Shown piece after piece: positions 1 through 14,293 of a stretch of DNA of 64,000 nt (position 1 is the stretch's first letter; each line of letters starts with the position of its first letter). Source of the stretch: Epiperipatus broadwayi. Lineage: Eukaryota > Animalia > Onychophora. The notes under the pieces are model-generated. The model was given only the letters and a program-made list of their open reading frames with translations. It was not told the origin of the DNA and made no database searches. Position numbers and translations under genes: made by a program. The stretch spans positions 7,316,001-7,380,000 of the forward strand of contig JAQFVV010000006.1 in the NCBI GenBank assembly GCA_028023455.1. Direction: 5' to 3'.

Positions 1-84
1 TCCAATACTAGCACATAATTGTTTATAAACAAAGCAAAGCAAAACTCCATATTTGTTTATAAACAATTATATGCTAGTATTGGA
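1..84. repeat. 30-bp-arm hairpin
   Basis: tccaatactagcacataattgtttataaacaaa / tttgtttataaacaattatatgctagtattgga. Confidence 0.7.
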
Positions 85-1365
85 GATGTGATCATGTGAT
101 GCTTGCTGGTTTAAGAACTAACATCTGACATCTATTGACTACTAAAACTTACATGCCATGTGGCTGAGAAAAAAGTATTTGCTGATAAACAACATGATAT
201 AAGCAGAAGTCATGAGATATCTTACTGGTTTTACACCAATCCTAGCCAAGAAATAAAGGTGGCTATAGTTATTAAAAAACTACGGTCATGGTAATATATG
301 GATACTGAACTATACAAGCAATTTGGCTTAGATTAAACACTTTAATATGTTTTTTTCCAATTTGGGCTGATAATTTCACAGTAAAAACAAAGAAGTAGAG
401 AATGGTTGCCGGAGGAAGGGTTGCATTAGATCCAAAAAATCCAGGTAAACCATTCCCTTATCCAAAACCTCCTCATTGACAAAAGCCAGAGTCTGAGAAT
501 ATTGGATAGAAAAAAGCTGGATATCGATTTAATGAGCACTATTATCAACACTTACTGATTACTAAAACTTATACTAGATGACAAAAATGTAGTGGAAAAA
601 AAAGAACCTGCTTCAAAGACCTTGTTTGTTGTAAAAAAAATCATACCAATATCTTTCTTCATATTAATCTAATAAAATAGGCTTAAGATAACTTAAAGAA
701 AGAACTGTCCGATACTTCAATTAGATCAGGATTATCAAATACGCCAACCTGCCCACCACATATATCATTAAACTTTGGCACTACTAATCAATATATGTTA
801 ATACATTATGCTAAAGATAAATAGTCATAGTTGATCTCATTTTATCAATTTCAGGAATGAAAATAATTTTAGTAAAGAACAAAAGTGTACAAAACATGAA
901 TAATTAGAAATAAATTATATGCTCTCTCCAGATTAGCCACCCCAATATTAAGAAAATATGAACTGTCTGTTTATAGAATGAACCTAGAAGAAAATTCTTT
1001 TTCTTTTGTTAAGTTTGACCCACTAATACTTTGAATTTTTGGTATTTTTTTCCCCCTTCCTACTAGTTAAATTTGTTATAAAATAATTTTTTTATTTTTA
1101 TTATCAGAGATCCAAAACACCATAGATAGATCACCCATAAACTAGATGGCAAAATTGGTCCAACATGTACCAACAAAGATTATTTAACCCATTATATCTT
1201 TAACCACTGAACATCACATGATCACTATTCTTTATGCTTACACAAGCTGTTTACACAGAGACTAAACTCTCCATACAGCAGCACCACTCAGTGTAAGCCA
1301 GAGCAATCAATGGATGCAAGAAGATTTGTGCCTAAAATCCCTATCTAGTGCCTACTCATCCAATA

Positions 1366-1400
1366 TTCCCAGACTAGTTTCTAGCTTTCATCAGTGAGGA
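1366..1400 (-). ncRNA. Minimal hammerhead motif (family 1, stem II reduced to AAGCUA)
   Basis: UCCUCA-CUGAUGA-AAGCUA-GAAACUAGUC-UGGGAA. Confidence 0.55.
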
Positions 1401-1806
1401 GTCTCAGATCTGAGAGCACTGCACCTAGATATTAGGATGTAATGCAATTTTTCAGCAGCCACCTTTTACCTTATCAGCTAACTATAAAGCTTTGAGCCCA
1501 AAATGAAACCACAATGTTTTTAATTCAAGCTGATTAGATCATGTGATGTTTAGTGGTTTAATAGCAATCCTACCCAATAGGATTATGAAGATTGTGGTTA
1601 TTAAGTAACTAAAGATACCAAACTGTATGGATGCTGAACTGAGTTCGGATCTAAAAACTATACAAGCTAATGAGTGTGAATTTAAAATGTTATGTGTTTT
1701 CATTTTTGGATTCAAAGCTTTAGAGTTAGTTAATAAGGTAAAAGGTGGCTTCTGGAGGGTTGCATTAGATCATAAGATCTAGGTGCAGTGCGCTCAGATC
1801 CAAGGC

Positions 1807-1848
1807 TCCTCACTGATGAAAACCACAAGCTAGAAACTAATCAGGGGA
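1807..1848 (+). ncRNA. Decayed hammerhead motif (family 1)
   Basis: CTGATGA 1813-1819 and GAAA 1833-1836, but stem III and stem I are mutated (CTAATC-AGGGGA). Confidence 0.4.
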
Positions 1849-4800
1849 TATTGGATGAGTAGGCACTGGATAGGAATTTTATGCACAAACCCTCTGGAAT
1901 CCACTGATTACTCTGGCTTGCGCTGAGTGGCGCTACTGTATGGGGAGTTTAGACATTATATCTTTACTAGTAAATATTAAAAATTTTGTTTGGAAATATT
2001 TTTTTGACTATGGCAAAAAGTATTACTCGGAAATTATAATAAAATTGCTTTTTTTTTCTTTCTTAAATGCTCAGATTTTAATTAGAAGGAGCCTATTAAA
2101 TAGTGTTTGTGCTATCAGGGGTCTTAGACTAAGAAATGACAGACAGTAAACTTATTTTAAAAAATTAGCTAAAAATTTTTTAATAAAAAATTTTATCCAA
2201 TTTGTTTCCGCTCGAGAATAAAGCTGAATATTATAAATATATTTTTGTTTTGATTAGAACTTTGTGATGCTCAATAAATAGGCGAAACTTATAATTTACA
2301 GGAAAGCTGCTGTTTAGACATGCATACAAATAAACAGTAAATCTCCACCAAAAGATGTTCCACACAAATAAACAAACTATTATCTCTTATCAAAATAAGT
2401 TTATCACAAATAAATATATATTTGACATTAATTTATTGTTAGGAAAGGCATGTTTGAGCAAACTAATAAAATTTGGTAATTTAATAGCCCAAGAATATAA
2501 ATAAGATTGGTTTAAAGTTCTGTGCATCTGACTACGGGAAGGATTCAGACTTAATGTTTAAATATAGATAGCTATGATGAAATATTCTAGCATTAGCATG
2601 CATTCATTTACTGCATTTGAGTTTTAACTAGAGGTACGCAATTGTTGATATATATATATATATTCTGCAAGCACGTATTTATTAGCAACAATCACATTTT
2701 AATAAACATTTAAATGATTACTAATCATTCTTTATTTAGCTGGATATTATTATATTTCAGTGATCTTATATGCAGATGTCAAATATGGTGAAGTTCAATT
2801 ATATTTACAATAACATTGATTTAGGTCCATAATAAATTATGGTGTGCAACATTTGAAGAATTGCGGGGCTTGTATAATTAAACTGAAAAGAAAAGTGGTC
2901 GGTCAAAATGTATCTTAGAACTATTACCATAATTTTCTTTTTTTACCAGTGACTCCAACCATATGAGAGAAATGCAAAAGTAGGATTGATTAGAATTTTA
3001 GAGAATAAATAGGCATAAATTAAAAATAACAATTAAAGACTTAAATAGACATTACAGAGTTAAAAGATTCTCCAAGAGCCCACTATGGTGAAAGTTTTAA
3101 CAGTTTTCTTTCCTTAATTATATGCCAACTACTATAGTTATGATTTAAAATATCAGATATATCAAAGACATATGTTAAAACACAAATGAATGTAAGCAAA
3201 TTGATTAATTAAACCACATATAAAGGTATAAATGGCTGATCACCCATATCAATGCATAAAAAAGGACAACCATTTTATCAAGATATAGTATTTTATCCCA
3301 GAATACAAATCCTGTTAGGTAGCTTAGAAAATTAAAATCACCCCCCCCCACCCTTCTCAATTTGCATTTGTCAATATGGTGACTTTTAATATTTAAGCTT
3401 GACTCTATTTAAAAAGGAGAGAAAAATTAAAATTCTTGAAAATCACATATTTATAGAAATCTATTACAATTTACAAATTGTATACCACGAATTACACACT
3501 TTGAAACTAATTATTATATAAAAATAATTACTAAATCCAATTACTAAGACTATAATGCATGAATCTAAACTAGATGATGATGGTAACCAGAATGATAATA
3601 ATAATAAAACTTTGAACATTAAGCAATACACGACTAAATTATTTAATTACCGGCAAGTATATAAATGAATAAATAACTAGTGACCCATATCAACGCAAAG
3701 AAAAACCCAACAACTATATCATCACTATATATATATTCAATCTTGGAACAGCGATTCTATCATGTGAACATGCAGTTCTAATTTTAATAAAAGTATATAA
3801 CAATTGTATATAATTAATAATCACAAAAATTTCTGGAATAAACTTTACAATATTTGATATACCAATATAAACTAAATAAATAATACCTACAGCCAGCTTA
3901 TGGCATGAATGACAACTTGAGTAGTATTTAACAGATAAAAGTTTTTTTTAAAAAAAAAATCATTCAAGTTATACAACATTAATGTTCCAATATAAATGGC
4001 CAAATTTTGCATAATTTGTAAATATTTACACCTTTATTAAATGTAGCATCAAATACTTGTAGGTTATGGAAAGAATGCTGTTAATAAAATCAATAAATAT
4101 AATGTTATATATATATAGAGAGAGAGAGAGCTCGCAAATACGCTCTTAACCAGCTTTGCAGAATAATACTTGAATGTCCTAGCACCTCACTGAGAAACGA
4201 TCAGGGGTTGGGGATATTCTACAAAGCTTGTTAAGAGCTTATTTGCAAGCTCTATATATAACATTTGTAATACAAGCTTGTTAAAATAGGTCAAGTGACA
4301 TGACTTGATTTTTTTTTGTAATATATATATAGGATATGTTAATGTGGATGAATATACTGGTAGGTTGAAATGTGCATTAAAAAAGAGAATTCATGAACAT
4401 GAACTAGTGATTAAAGTTTATTTTATTCTGTGGCTAAATTAAACTGCAACAGTTACTACTGATATATTATAAAAAAAATTAAATCCTTTAATTTCGTATA
4501 ATTTTTTAATTGAACAGGAATCCATGTCAATATCTTCTCAGATATGTCTAGATTTCAAAAATCAAATTAGTTTAAATTTGCTTGCATGGTGTAAGTTTTA
4601 TTCCATTTTTTGGATTCAGCAGTATCTCATACAACGTGTAATCTAAACAGTTGTAAATTTTCTTTATATTTTGCAAATTATTGCTTTTTTTTCTACCTTT
4701 TTTAGGTAAACATTATAAAACTTATTGAAACTAATGCTTGCAATAATAAAAAGCAAATTTATTTCATTATAATAACTGAATGTAAGAAAGCAATCAACTA

Positions 4801-5214
4801 AACCCAATTCAATATTATTCTAAATCAAAGTAATTTTATTTCTCCATTTTTTGTAATTTTTACCCTATATTTGTTATAGAAATATTTTCCTATTTATTGT
4901 AAATAACGCTTATAAAAATTAAATTTAAAATGATATTCATGTAAAACAAATATTTTTTTTTCGGCACAAAGAGATATCACTTGTAATATTTATGAACATT
5001 CAATTAATTGCAATGGAAGTTTTTGCGTTGACAATATTTTTTCTTTTCCACATGGAATAATGATTTGAAAAAAATAAAAAAAAACAAGAAAATATATTTT
5101 ATAAATATGGATAATTCACTGCATAGGCAGACAAAATTGTGTAAATTTATACAAATTAAAGTTGGCCAATCACATTGGAATGTTGATATCTAATTTTAAT
5201 GAGTTTTGGCATTA

Positions 5215-5320
5215 CATATCATCATCATCAACCATCATCAATCCATTGCAGGATGAAGGTCTCTCCAAGTTCAATCCACCTTCTCCAATTTTTAGCTTCT
5301 CTTCTTCACATCATTACATA
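5215..5320 (-). mobile_element. Short RTE-type 3' end with (TGA)n tail
   Basis: Minus strand ...agagaccttcatcctgcaatggattgatgatggttgatgatgatg. Confidence 0.35.
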
Positions 5321-5407
5321 TATATATTTATAAAAAAAATTACAAAAAAAAACTATTAAAATATCACTAATTTAATTTTTATATTATATTTAATATGACT
5401 ACAATCA

Positions 5408-5545
<138 letters not shown>

Positions 5546-5630
5546 CTAATAGTAAAATAAATAAATAGAATTCATAATTATTAAAAACAGTACAAGCAAT
5601 AAGGACTCTTAAATAAATATACAGTATTAC

Positions 5631-5679
5631 CTGATCCATGCCAACATCTTTACTATCAGTTTCTCGATTGTAAGAAAGC
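5631..5679 (-). CDS. BLTP2: hobbit/BLTP2 small internal coding exon (49 nt)
   Basis: tttttgaag|G CTT TCT...GAT CAG|gtaata; (R)LSYNRETDSKDVGMDQ; phase-compatible on both sides. Confidence 0.8.
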
Positions 5680-5769
5680 CTTCAAAAATAAATAAAATAT
5701 TAAAAATTAACAATAATAGATTATTCAACAAATATTTGTTAAATATTGTTAAACAGTTATTCATCTTAT

Positions 5770-5990
5770 TCAAATTCAAATTTGCATACATTTATTCATC
5801 AGCATAACAAAGTGGTTTCTTTCTTCTTTATAACCTAAATCGGAGTGCATTTCCAGTGAAGCTCAATAAGAGCTAGGATTATAATGAACGTCACTGAAAG
5901 TGCACTCAACTTTAAGTAATATAAAAAAAGAAACCACTTCATTATGCAAATAAACAAACATATGCAAATTTGAATTACAAATACACATGA
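5770..5990. repeat. Degenerate MITE-like inverted repeat
   Basis: ttcaaatttgcata...aagtggtttcttt versus aaagaaaccactt...tatgcaaatttgaa. Confidence 0.5.
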
Positions 5991-7928
5991 AGAAAAAAAT
6001 CAATATTCTTATTTAAAATATTATGAAAATAATGTTTTACTTTAACCTTAACATGCCTTTTTTCCTCTCACATTTTTCCCACCTAATGTAAGCTTTAGTA
6101 ATCAATTAATCCCATATTATAGTGCATATTAAATTCCTATGAAATACTGTCCTATACAGTATCTCTGGACTACTTTCTAGCTTATGGCTTTCCTTAATCA
6201 GAAAGTGTTTTGGATTTGTAAGCTGCATGATGTCTGCAAAAGTCATGTGATGTTCTATTAGTTATAATCTCACCATTATCATATATTATCATATACTATA
6301 TGCTTCTACACATATCTTTTCACACAAATACCTCCTTCAGTGATGCAATAGTAATATAGTTGATGTTTCAGGGGCAACTTATTTTTCACCCCAAAAAGAA
6401 CATTTAATGTGAAAATTCATAAAAAACTAATAATTTTTTTCTAATTAGGCGCCATATTTAAATATGGGATATGAGATGCAAACCCTGGAATTTAGCTTTT
6501 GGATCTCAAAGCTGTCTTAAATTCTTTTAAGCAATGAAATATCTGTATGCAGTCAGATAAACCCACATAACATCGCATTTCTTTTGTAGTATGAGTAAGG
6601 TTTTTCTTGTTTGTTCACTACGAGAAAACTACTTTCATTTATAAAAAGACATTTGTTTGACTTTGTCCTGCTGCCACTGAAAAGGCAGATACAGGATAGA
6701 AATAACTAAAAAAGGGATTACCAAAACTTAATCAAATAGTTAATCACTCTGGAGGTCTTGTAATGTCCAAGCAAAAAAAGTGAAAAACTGAACTTTGATG
6801 CATGAATATTTCTATATTCTATCATTCTATGACTGTGCTAAGGCATACAGGATAATGGGTTATTCACTTATATATATTTGAAGGTAAACCTATTGCACAG
6901 AGCAAACAAGGCCGAATATATTACTAAGACAATTTACATGCAAGATCCCCAAATCTATTTTGTCAGCTAAAAGTAATGCATTTTAACCTCTCTGTTCCAT
7001 GGAATATGTTTACATTCTTAGCATTATATAATTAATAAGCCACAAACTTATTTATGTGCTTATTAAAAATCATAATTACTAGGAGGTATATATCATTCGT
7101 TACACATACGTGGGTAATTGAGTGCACACACATAATTATATAAATTAATTAACTAATAAGGCAATTTGTGTGTAATAATGAAACAGATTGGAGTCAACCA
7201 CTTTCACAAATTTTCGATCTTCTTAATTATGCAATAACAATAAATCACTTAACACTTTAGTTAACATAATATATGATAAAATAAGAATAACCTCTTTACT
7301 CTAGTGTCACCTGTAATAAGCTTGAGTAATCAACAATGTTATTATTAACATTTCTAGCATGGGAGGAGGGCGCTTTTATCTAATAAAGAATTGAAGATAC
7401 TGAATGTAGAGTTATTAACCCTGGAGACAAATTTAAGTAACTGTTAAAGCAGGTTAGCTTGGATTCAAATTTTAGGGTGTTTTGGGTTTCATATTTTTTA
7501 GTTCAAACAGTAAAAAACTCAGTTAGAAATAGTTAAGATTCCTAAATGCATTACTCCAGGTTTGAATCCCAAGTTTGCTAATAAAGGCAAAGGCAATACA
7601 GTATCATGTAGTAATTGGTGCTTATTCAAAAGTTATTATACATGGCACTAGAGAAAAGATTCTCTTAATCATATTCTATTCCCATTCAAATCTACATCTT
7701 AAAGATGTTTGATTATGTCTCCATCTGCCTTCTTAACAGTCCAATATCTGCAGACAAACATTAAAAATTTGTTTTAATTATATATATATTTATTTGTGCA
7801 AGGAAAAAAAGGGTTTTAATATAATTTAATAGTTTATCAATCAGGAATTGAAAGTGTTGAGTGTCAACCAGAATCAGAAACTCCACCATAGCATTAAGCC
7901 ACATGGAGAATTGTTTGTAATAAATTTG

Positions 7929-8527
7929 TAGTAAATTCTAGACAATTTCACTGCCGTCATTCATTCAGACATCGTAAATAGTGATTTAAAGTGAGTGGTC
8001 TTTCCTCATGCTTTCCTTGCCAGTACTTCAGATTAGCTCATATATAAGCATTTGAGTTGTAGGAATAGGTGGATTCATTTTATTCCTGCATAAATACTAT
8101 ATCTTGTATTGGAGAGGAAAGTATTCATTTATTAATACTCGCAAAGCGCGTGCACAATTAGCTTGAAAGGCTGATATTTGAATGTAATACAATTGTAAAC
8201 ACAGTGCTATATAAAAATAAATGCTTATTTACATGTGATTAAGTTTCAGTTAGAGTGACGTTTAGTAAATTCTAGACAATTTCACCGACGTCATTCATTC
8301 AGACATCGTAAATAGTGATTTAAAGTGAGTGGTCTTTCCTCACGCTTTCCTTGCCAGTACTTCAGAGTTGCTCATATATAAGCATTTGAGTCGTAGGAAT
8401 AGGTGGATTCATTTTATTCCTGCATAAATACTATATCTTGCATTGGAGGGGAAAGTATTCATTTATTAATAACACTGGCAAAGCGCATGCACAATTAGCT
8501 TGAAAGGCTGATAGTTGAATGTAATAA
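7929..8527. repeat. Direct duplication of ~262 bp, period 334
   Basis: 7929-8190 versus 8263-8527, few differences. Confidence 0.85.
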
Positions 8528-9714
8528 ATTGGTTTTATTATGGTTTATTCATATATCTGTAATGTGGACGTGTAATTGAAGAGTAATACAGACTTCACAC
8601 CATACAGAAAAGTATGGAGATATGTATATTCAGATTAACAAGAAGAAATCAAATGTAAAATATATGAATGAGAATAAATGCAGTTCAGCTGAACATATTA
8701 GGACAATTGAAATCATGCTGGATCACAAAAAATTATAAAAGACCTTAAGGCAAACCATAGGTGAGATTGATGATAAATAAGAAAGTTTGTTGAAATAATG
8801 GGAAGAAATTATAAATAAGAAAAACTGAATGAAACTTAAATAGAACTTCACTCTGACTGGGTTAATAATGGTTGAAAATAATAATTGGATTGTAACCTAT
8901 TAGAACCAATAAATTACACATGTAGATGAATGACCATTATTTACCACCCTCTTAATAAAAGTAATCCTAATATATAAACTTAGCGCCATTTCATAAATTT
9001 GGGCAATTCCTTAAATCACTGATATCTAATTAAGATGTATATTAATATTTTAATCACTTAAACAACAAAAAATCCTCGAAGGCCCACGATCATGTAAATA
9101 GTTTTTTGTCTCATACCGGTAAAATATAAACTTTAGAACCTGAGAATATGCAATAAGTTTTGCTCAAACTGAAAAATAAAATGTTGAATTATTTAAAATC
9201 ATGTAACAATTAATTTTTAATAATGACATTATCACAGTTGGAGGGGCCTAAGGGAAAATGTCTTCAAAATGCAAAAATAAAATCTTTAAATTTACCGTCA
9301 ATACAAAATTCACGCTAATTATTTGTGTTTTGAAGAAATAATTTTTGAGTGGATAAAAAGTAATAATTACTTTTATTAGCTTTAAAACAAGCTCGAATAT
9401 CTACTGTAAGGTATTTTTGTCTCATGATGCAGGTATTTTCGCCTTTATTCTTCTCACCCCCAACAATCTTGTATAATACTGATTAAAAAAAAAAAAAAAA
9501 AGGAAAAGAAAACTAAATGCCTTCTCGCATCTAAAACAGGAAATCAACGACATGTAGAAAATCTAAAAAAGACATTTTTTACAATATACTTCATCTCAGT
9601 TTAAAAATAAATGTTAGATTATTATTTGTCTGATACTTTGTGATGACGGTGTTTTAGTAGAAATCACACGACGGATCGTCTAATATTAATTGTTAAATGT
9701 CTAAACACAATTCA

Positions 9715-10110
9715 AACTTTTATTTAAACTTTTCTAATGCATTCCGATTGTTAGTAATAACACGCAGGTTAGTACATAACCCAAGATTTCGAGTAGTAGT
9801 ATTATTTTCTCTTCTTCAGACATTGCTAGCCTGACCAGCGTTAATATTACCATAAAAATCGAACTTGGACCTTTAGATTCGTGAATATTGCGGTTAAAAT
9901 GGTGCTCAAACTAACAAACCTATTCCGTCAAAGATATTGATTAGATAAAAATCCTATTGATTGTTGCCCTTTCACAGAATAGCTTAGTTGGTTAGAGTGT
10001 CACCTTAAATTCACGAATTTAAAGCTTGTCTCGATTTCCATGCTAGTACTATCACTGGTCCAAGCCAGCAACACCTGAAACAGAAAGGAAAATAATTTCA
10101 CTCAAAAACA
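9715..10110. mobile_element. Divergently oriented pair of family-4 tRNA-SINE copies
   Basis: Both share ctggtc(a)ggctagcaa(c)acctga with 61291-61320; the minus copy retains CTGAAGA...CTCGAAA (9787-9819). Confidence 0.55.
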
Positions 10111-10670
10111 TTGACCAGGGTATTTTATTAGCAGTTGAATGTATGTGAAAAGTTAAGTCAAGTGTGAATTGGTAAATTTTTCTAACGACATTTAACAAAA
10201 TAATATTGGATGATGGAAATAGTCCAACACATAATTATATTAGACTGCTGCTCATTGCTTACTTACTCATAAAGTCATTTAACATTCAAGTATGGGATAT
10301 GACAGTTTGGGCTTTGATCCAGATCATTTAGCGCTTGGGTGCTGCTTGTGTACCCAATCACACAGTAGTATCAATTTAAATAATTCCATTCATAGACTTT
10401 TCCTATATCAAAAATTCAGCTGAGGATTCATCCGTAAATTCTAATTACTCCCCTGGCTAAATAAACTACTCTCTATATATGCTAAAGTTTAAAAAACAAG
10501 ATTGGAAATGTGAAAAAAGATCCAAAACTGTATATATTTACTGTCACATTATGGTAGTGCGGTAGTTCTAAAGGGTAAGTTGTCATATCGATGCAATTCT
10601 GCTACGTATATCACATACTTCTTATCATTTTCTTCTTCTTCCTTTTCCTATGTATTGATTTCTGTTTTAA

Positions 10671-10874
10671 CATATCAAACCATTTACACGTTCTTAAACA
10701 CTTTATCAATACTCTTTATTTATATCAAAACTAACAGTTTCGACTGTCCTGTATTAATTATATATCTGAAGATTGTATCTCTGATGATGACTGCAGGACA
10801 GTCTAAACTGTTAGTTTTGATATAAATAAAGAGTATTGATAAAGTGTTTAAGAAAGTGTAAATGGTATGATATG
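10671..10874. repeat. 81-bp-arm inverted repeat carrying a family-3 hammerhead core (10781-10807)
   Basis: Arms 10671-10751 and 10794-10874; CTGATGA-T-GACTG-CAGGA-CAGTC-(G/T)AAA. Confidence 0.65.
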
Positions 10875-13649
10875 ACATACTTCTTATGAACTTTTGAACA
10901 ATTTATCCTGCATGATTTGGTGATGTGGTAGAGTGCTGGATTCTGAAGCTGTGTTCTGCACAATAAAGCCATTCCATCATCATCATCACTATCATCATCA
11001 TCATTATTATTATCATCATCATCATTCCTTAAAAATAAAATGTATACTACTATAATTATGACACCTATTGTAGGTTAGGATAATCAACAGATGCTATATG
11101 AGCATGCATAAAAGAGTTTATCTCTATCAAAGAATTGTGTAAGCTGGAACAATGGTGGTTCTTTTAGACTTTATACCAATCCTGACCAGGGAATTGAGAT
11201 GCAAGCAGTTATTAAAAAACTGAAGACATCAAAATATATGGATACTGAATTGATATCAAATTTATATAATTATGCAAGCATGATTGTTTGGATTCTAAAA
11301 ATGAAGACGTTTTTGAATTTCAATCCAATAATTCGATAGGAAAAAAATAAATAAAAGGTGGCAGCAATGAAAGATACATTAGATTCGAAAAATTCAGACA
11401 AATTAGATTCAAATATAAAAATTTGTTACTAATTAAAGCCAAAAGTCAGATAACTAAGATGGGGGTAAGGAAAAGAAACTAATGGACTGATTTAATAAGC
11501 ACTATCATCTACCAAAAATTGACTATTCATGTTGAAAACAAATGGCTGAGCTAAAATATTACTAATAGAGTTTGCTTCTGCTTCTAACATCTATTTATTA
11601 ATTATTTATAGTCAATCTCTGAACATTCTTTCATCCGCCACCTACAGCCCATAAAATCTATGAGAAAAATACAAGTATGCAAATTAGTCTTCACACAAAA
11701 ATTCATGAAACAAAAACTATTTTGAACAACTTTTCTAGGGCCACCTGGTAATGTGAGAGTGCACACATGATTTTATCCCACCTTACAACAAGCAGAGTCA
11801 TTATGGATAAAATATTGTCAATCTATAGTCTTTCACAGTTACATATGCAATTGGTCAAGGTCATTTCAAATAATTACAGCAGAATGATATTGAAGATCCC
11901 TTGATATGAACATCTATTGAGCTCTCACCACAGGGGCATCCAGTATATAACATTCCATGTTTTTGATTTTTAATTTTGATAATCATATTAAGTTTTATCC
12001 ATTTCAAATCAATAACTCATTACAACATATATTGTTGATGTTACTATTAGAAATTGTCAGATTAATATTGACTACCAATGGCCTTCGTATCAATAGTATT
12101 TCCCCAAAAAATCTATCATAAAACATAAATTATTCTCTATTGTAATGTCGTCTATAGCAAGCTTGTGCAATCAATGACTACTGGACAGTAATACAGCTAA
12201 ACTACGAGACTGCTTTTTGGCTTTTGTCCTTATCAATGAGGATTACTAGTCAAATGTGTGGAGCTTAGTTCAAGCTTGTTATCGATAACACTAGAGTAAA
12301 GAGCTGCTATTATAAAAATGGAGCATGAATTGTATGAAAGAAAATTGCAATATCCTATGGGGAACAACATACTATGTGTTGGCAAAGGAATAGTGGAGAT
12401 TTTTGAAAAAAATATTCAAAGACAAGTAGAAAGATACTCTTGTGATGGAAATACATTGTCAGCAAATGCGGAAATTCAAGTAAAATATAATGATCAAGTT
12501 ATGCAAGGGATGTAAAAAAACAAACAAACAAACAAACAAAAAAAACAAATAGAAAATGTTTGATAAATTGTAACTTATAGATAATAATAGACTAGCCAAA
12601 ATAGTTTTTGTCTTTGGGTGAAAAAGATAATAGGGTATGATAAAGCATTGGACAGAGATTATGTTACTTTAACTACATAAAAGGTGGGACAAATGTGTCA
12701 ATATGATAATTGAGTGCTACATAGTAATAAAAATTAATGGACAGGAGAATAGTTTCACTAATAAAAGACATAAAGTTAGAGAGATGGAGAGCAGATCTAA
12801 AGAGTAAAATAGTTTGTATATATATAAATTAAGAGAGACTATTGATTGTGAATCATTTTATGATAATAAAAAGGAAAGTACTTGGTTTCTAACAGGGTCT
12901 GTGGTGACAAGAGAATATATATAGGCATAAACAGAATATTTGGGTGATTTGGTTTGTAAACTGGATACTCAAGGTGCAGAAAACATTGAGCATGAGCAAA
13001 GAGCATGCAAGCATGAGCAGAAAGTACACTTTATGGGCAAATAAATAGTTACACACAAAATGGATTTTTGGAATTTACATTGGTCTGGAGTAAAATAATG
13101 ACGAGATAAAACTGTTGAATATACAAAGGTGTGATTGTGGAAAGGAGATGGAGGAGGAAAATTAGATGTTTTAGATGCTGCGCAGGAATAAGAAATGATA
13201 AAAGATAAATATGATGGATGTTTGTTTTGGAGAATTGACTGAGAGATTATTGATTTTGATACAGGAGAACCTGAGCATATTGTAACACATATTCTGTAAG
13301 GTGAAAATTTAAGATATGTTATTGCCAATTTAATTTTTTTTTGGGGGGAGGGGGCTAATCAAAGGTCATTATGATGTTGTAGTCATCATCCTTATGCTGA
13401 TTCAACTTCTTTCACCACTGACATTTCGTGCTATACTCTTCAAATGAAGTCACTAACATACAAACTTAATCTGGCTATAGGAGCCTCAAATGAAAGTTCA
13501 GATCTAATGATCATATATTAACTTGTTCATTTTTTTTTTTTTTTTGAATTAAGCAATATCTAAACTTAATCAGCGACTAAGTAAATGTTACTTATTTAAT
13601 AAATGTGATTTATTTACAGACTCTTTAAAATGCCTAAAATATGATTAAG

Positions 13650-13945
13650 TCATATATATATATTATAAAACATGTTTTCAGAAGCAATCATGTTTAATAC
13701 AATAATATTAAAGGAAATATATCGATACTTAGACAAGCTTCAACTGGGTGAAAAAAAAATAATAATCATGTGATTGGAACAAAGACAACTGTATAATATG
13801 GCTGTTATGTGATACAACTGTCTCTGCTACTATTTTTCATCCAGTTGAAGGCAAATGTTATCTTGTCTAAACGCCAGTATATTAGCTTTAATATTATTTT
13901 ATTAAACATGATTGCTCCCAAACACATATTTTATAAAACATTTTT
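13650..13945. repeat. Degenerate MITE-like inverted repeat
   Basis: aagcaatcatgtttaat...ttcaactgg versus ccagttgaa...attaaacatgattgct. Confidence 0.5.
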
Positions 13946-14000
13946 TGCCCATGATAATATATATATATTTAAAAAAAGAGAACAGTAATGAAGAACAAAC

Positions 14001-14056
14001 CTATTAACACTAAGACAATAACTCTTCTCTACGGGTACCCTTAGAGAAACATTTAA
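14001..14056 (-). CDS. BLTP2: hobbit/BLTP2 small internal coding exon (56 nt)
   Basis: tttctgtttcag|TTA AAT...AAT AG|gtttgt; LNVSLRVPVEKSYCLSVN; phase 0 in / phase 2 out exactly bridges the 50142 and 5679 exons. Confidence 0.8.
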
Positions 14057-14293
14057 CTGAAACAGAAATGTTAAAGATATACATATGACAAAAATTGATT
14101 ACAAAAGTAGTAAAGACAATCTTATAAAAATAAATAGAAATATATATATATACACACATATATAATGTAAATATTAATTAAATTAATATATAAATGTGAA
14201 ATATATTGTCATTATTTTATTTATGCTCTATATATTTAAAGAAATTTATGTTCTTTTATACAGCAATATTTGATGAAACATAACTAATATCTT

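Larger units (their letters stand above)
1262..1952. mobile_element. Foldback element with ~250-bp inverted arms, each carrying a family-1 hammerhead core; probable Penelope-like pseudo-LTR inversion
   Basis: Arms about 1262-1500 and 1700-1952 are reverse complements; same family as 16804-17126 and the partial arm at 52866-52940. Confidence 0.7.

Noticed and set aside
687-825. Short stop-free CpG-containing stretch (plus-strand NLKKELSDTSIRSG resembles LKxNLSTEALKG)
   Set aside because: Wrong strand for hobbit, no splice sites; judged a coincidence.
9117-9140. ~23-nt phase-compatible candidate micro-exon (VLKFIFY)
   Set aside because: No similarity to the family; the 14001-14056 exon matches the expected VSLRxPVEKxYCLSV motif instead.
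10580-10825. 81-aa ORF, and other 60-140 aa track ORFs such as 48603-49001, 52884-53309, 53189-53425, 45223-45447, 59522-59797
   Set aside because: Low-complexity F/I/L/K/Y-rich translations expected from AT-rich or palindromic DNA; no motifs and no splice support.
12240-13330. Purine-rich plus-strand block that may be an old LINE remnant
   Set aside because: I could not recover a diagnostic motif in any frame; left unassigned.
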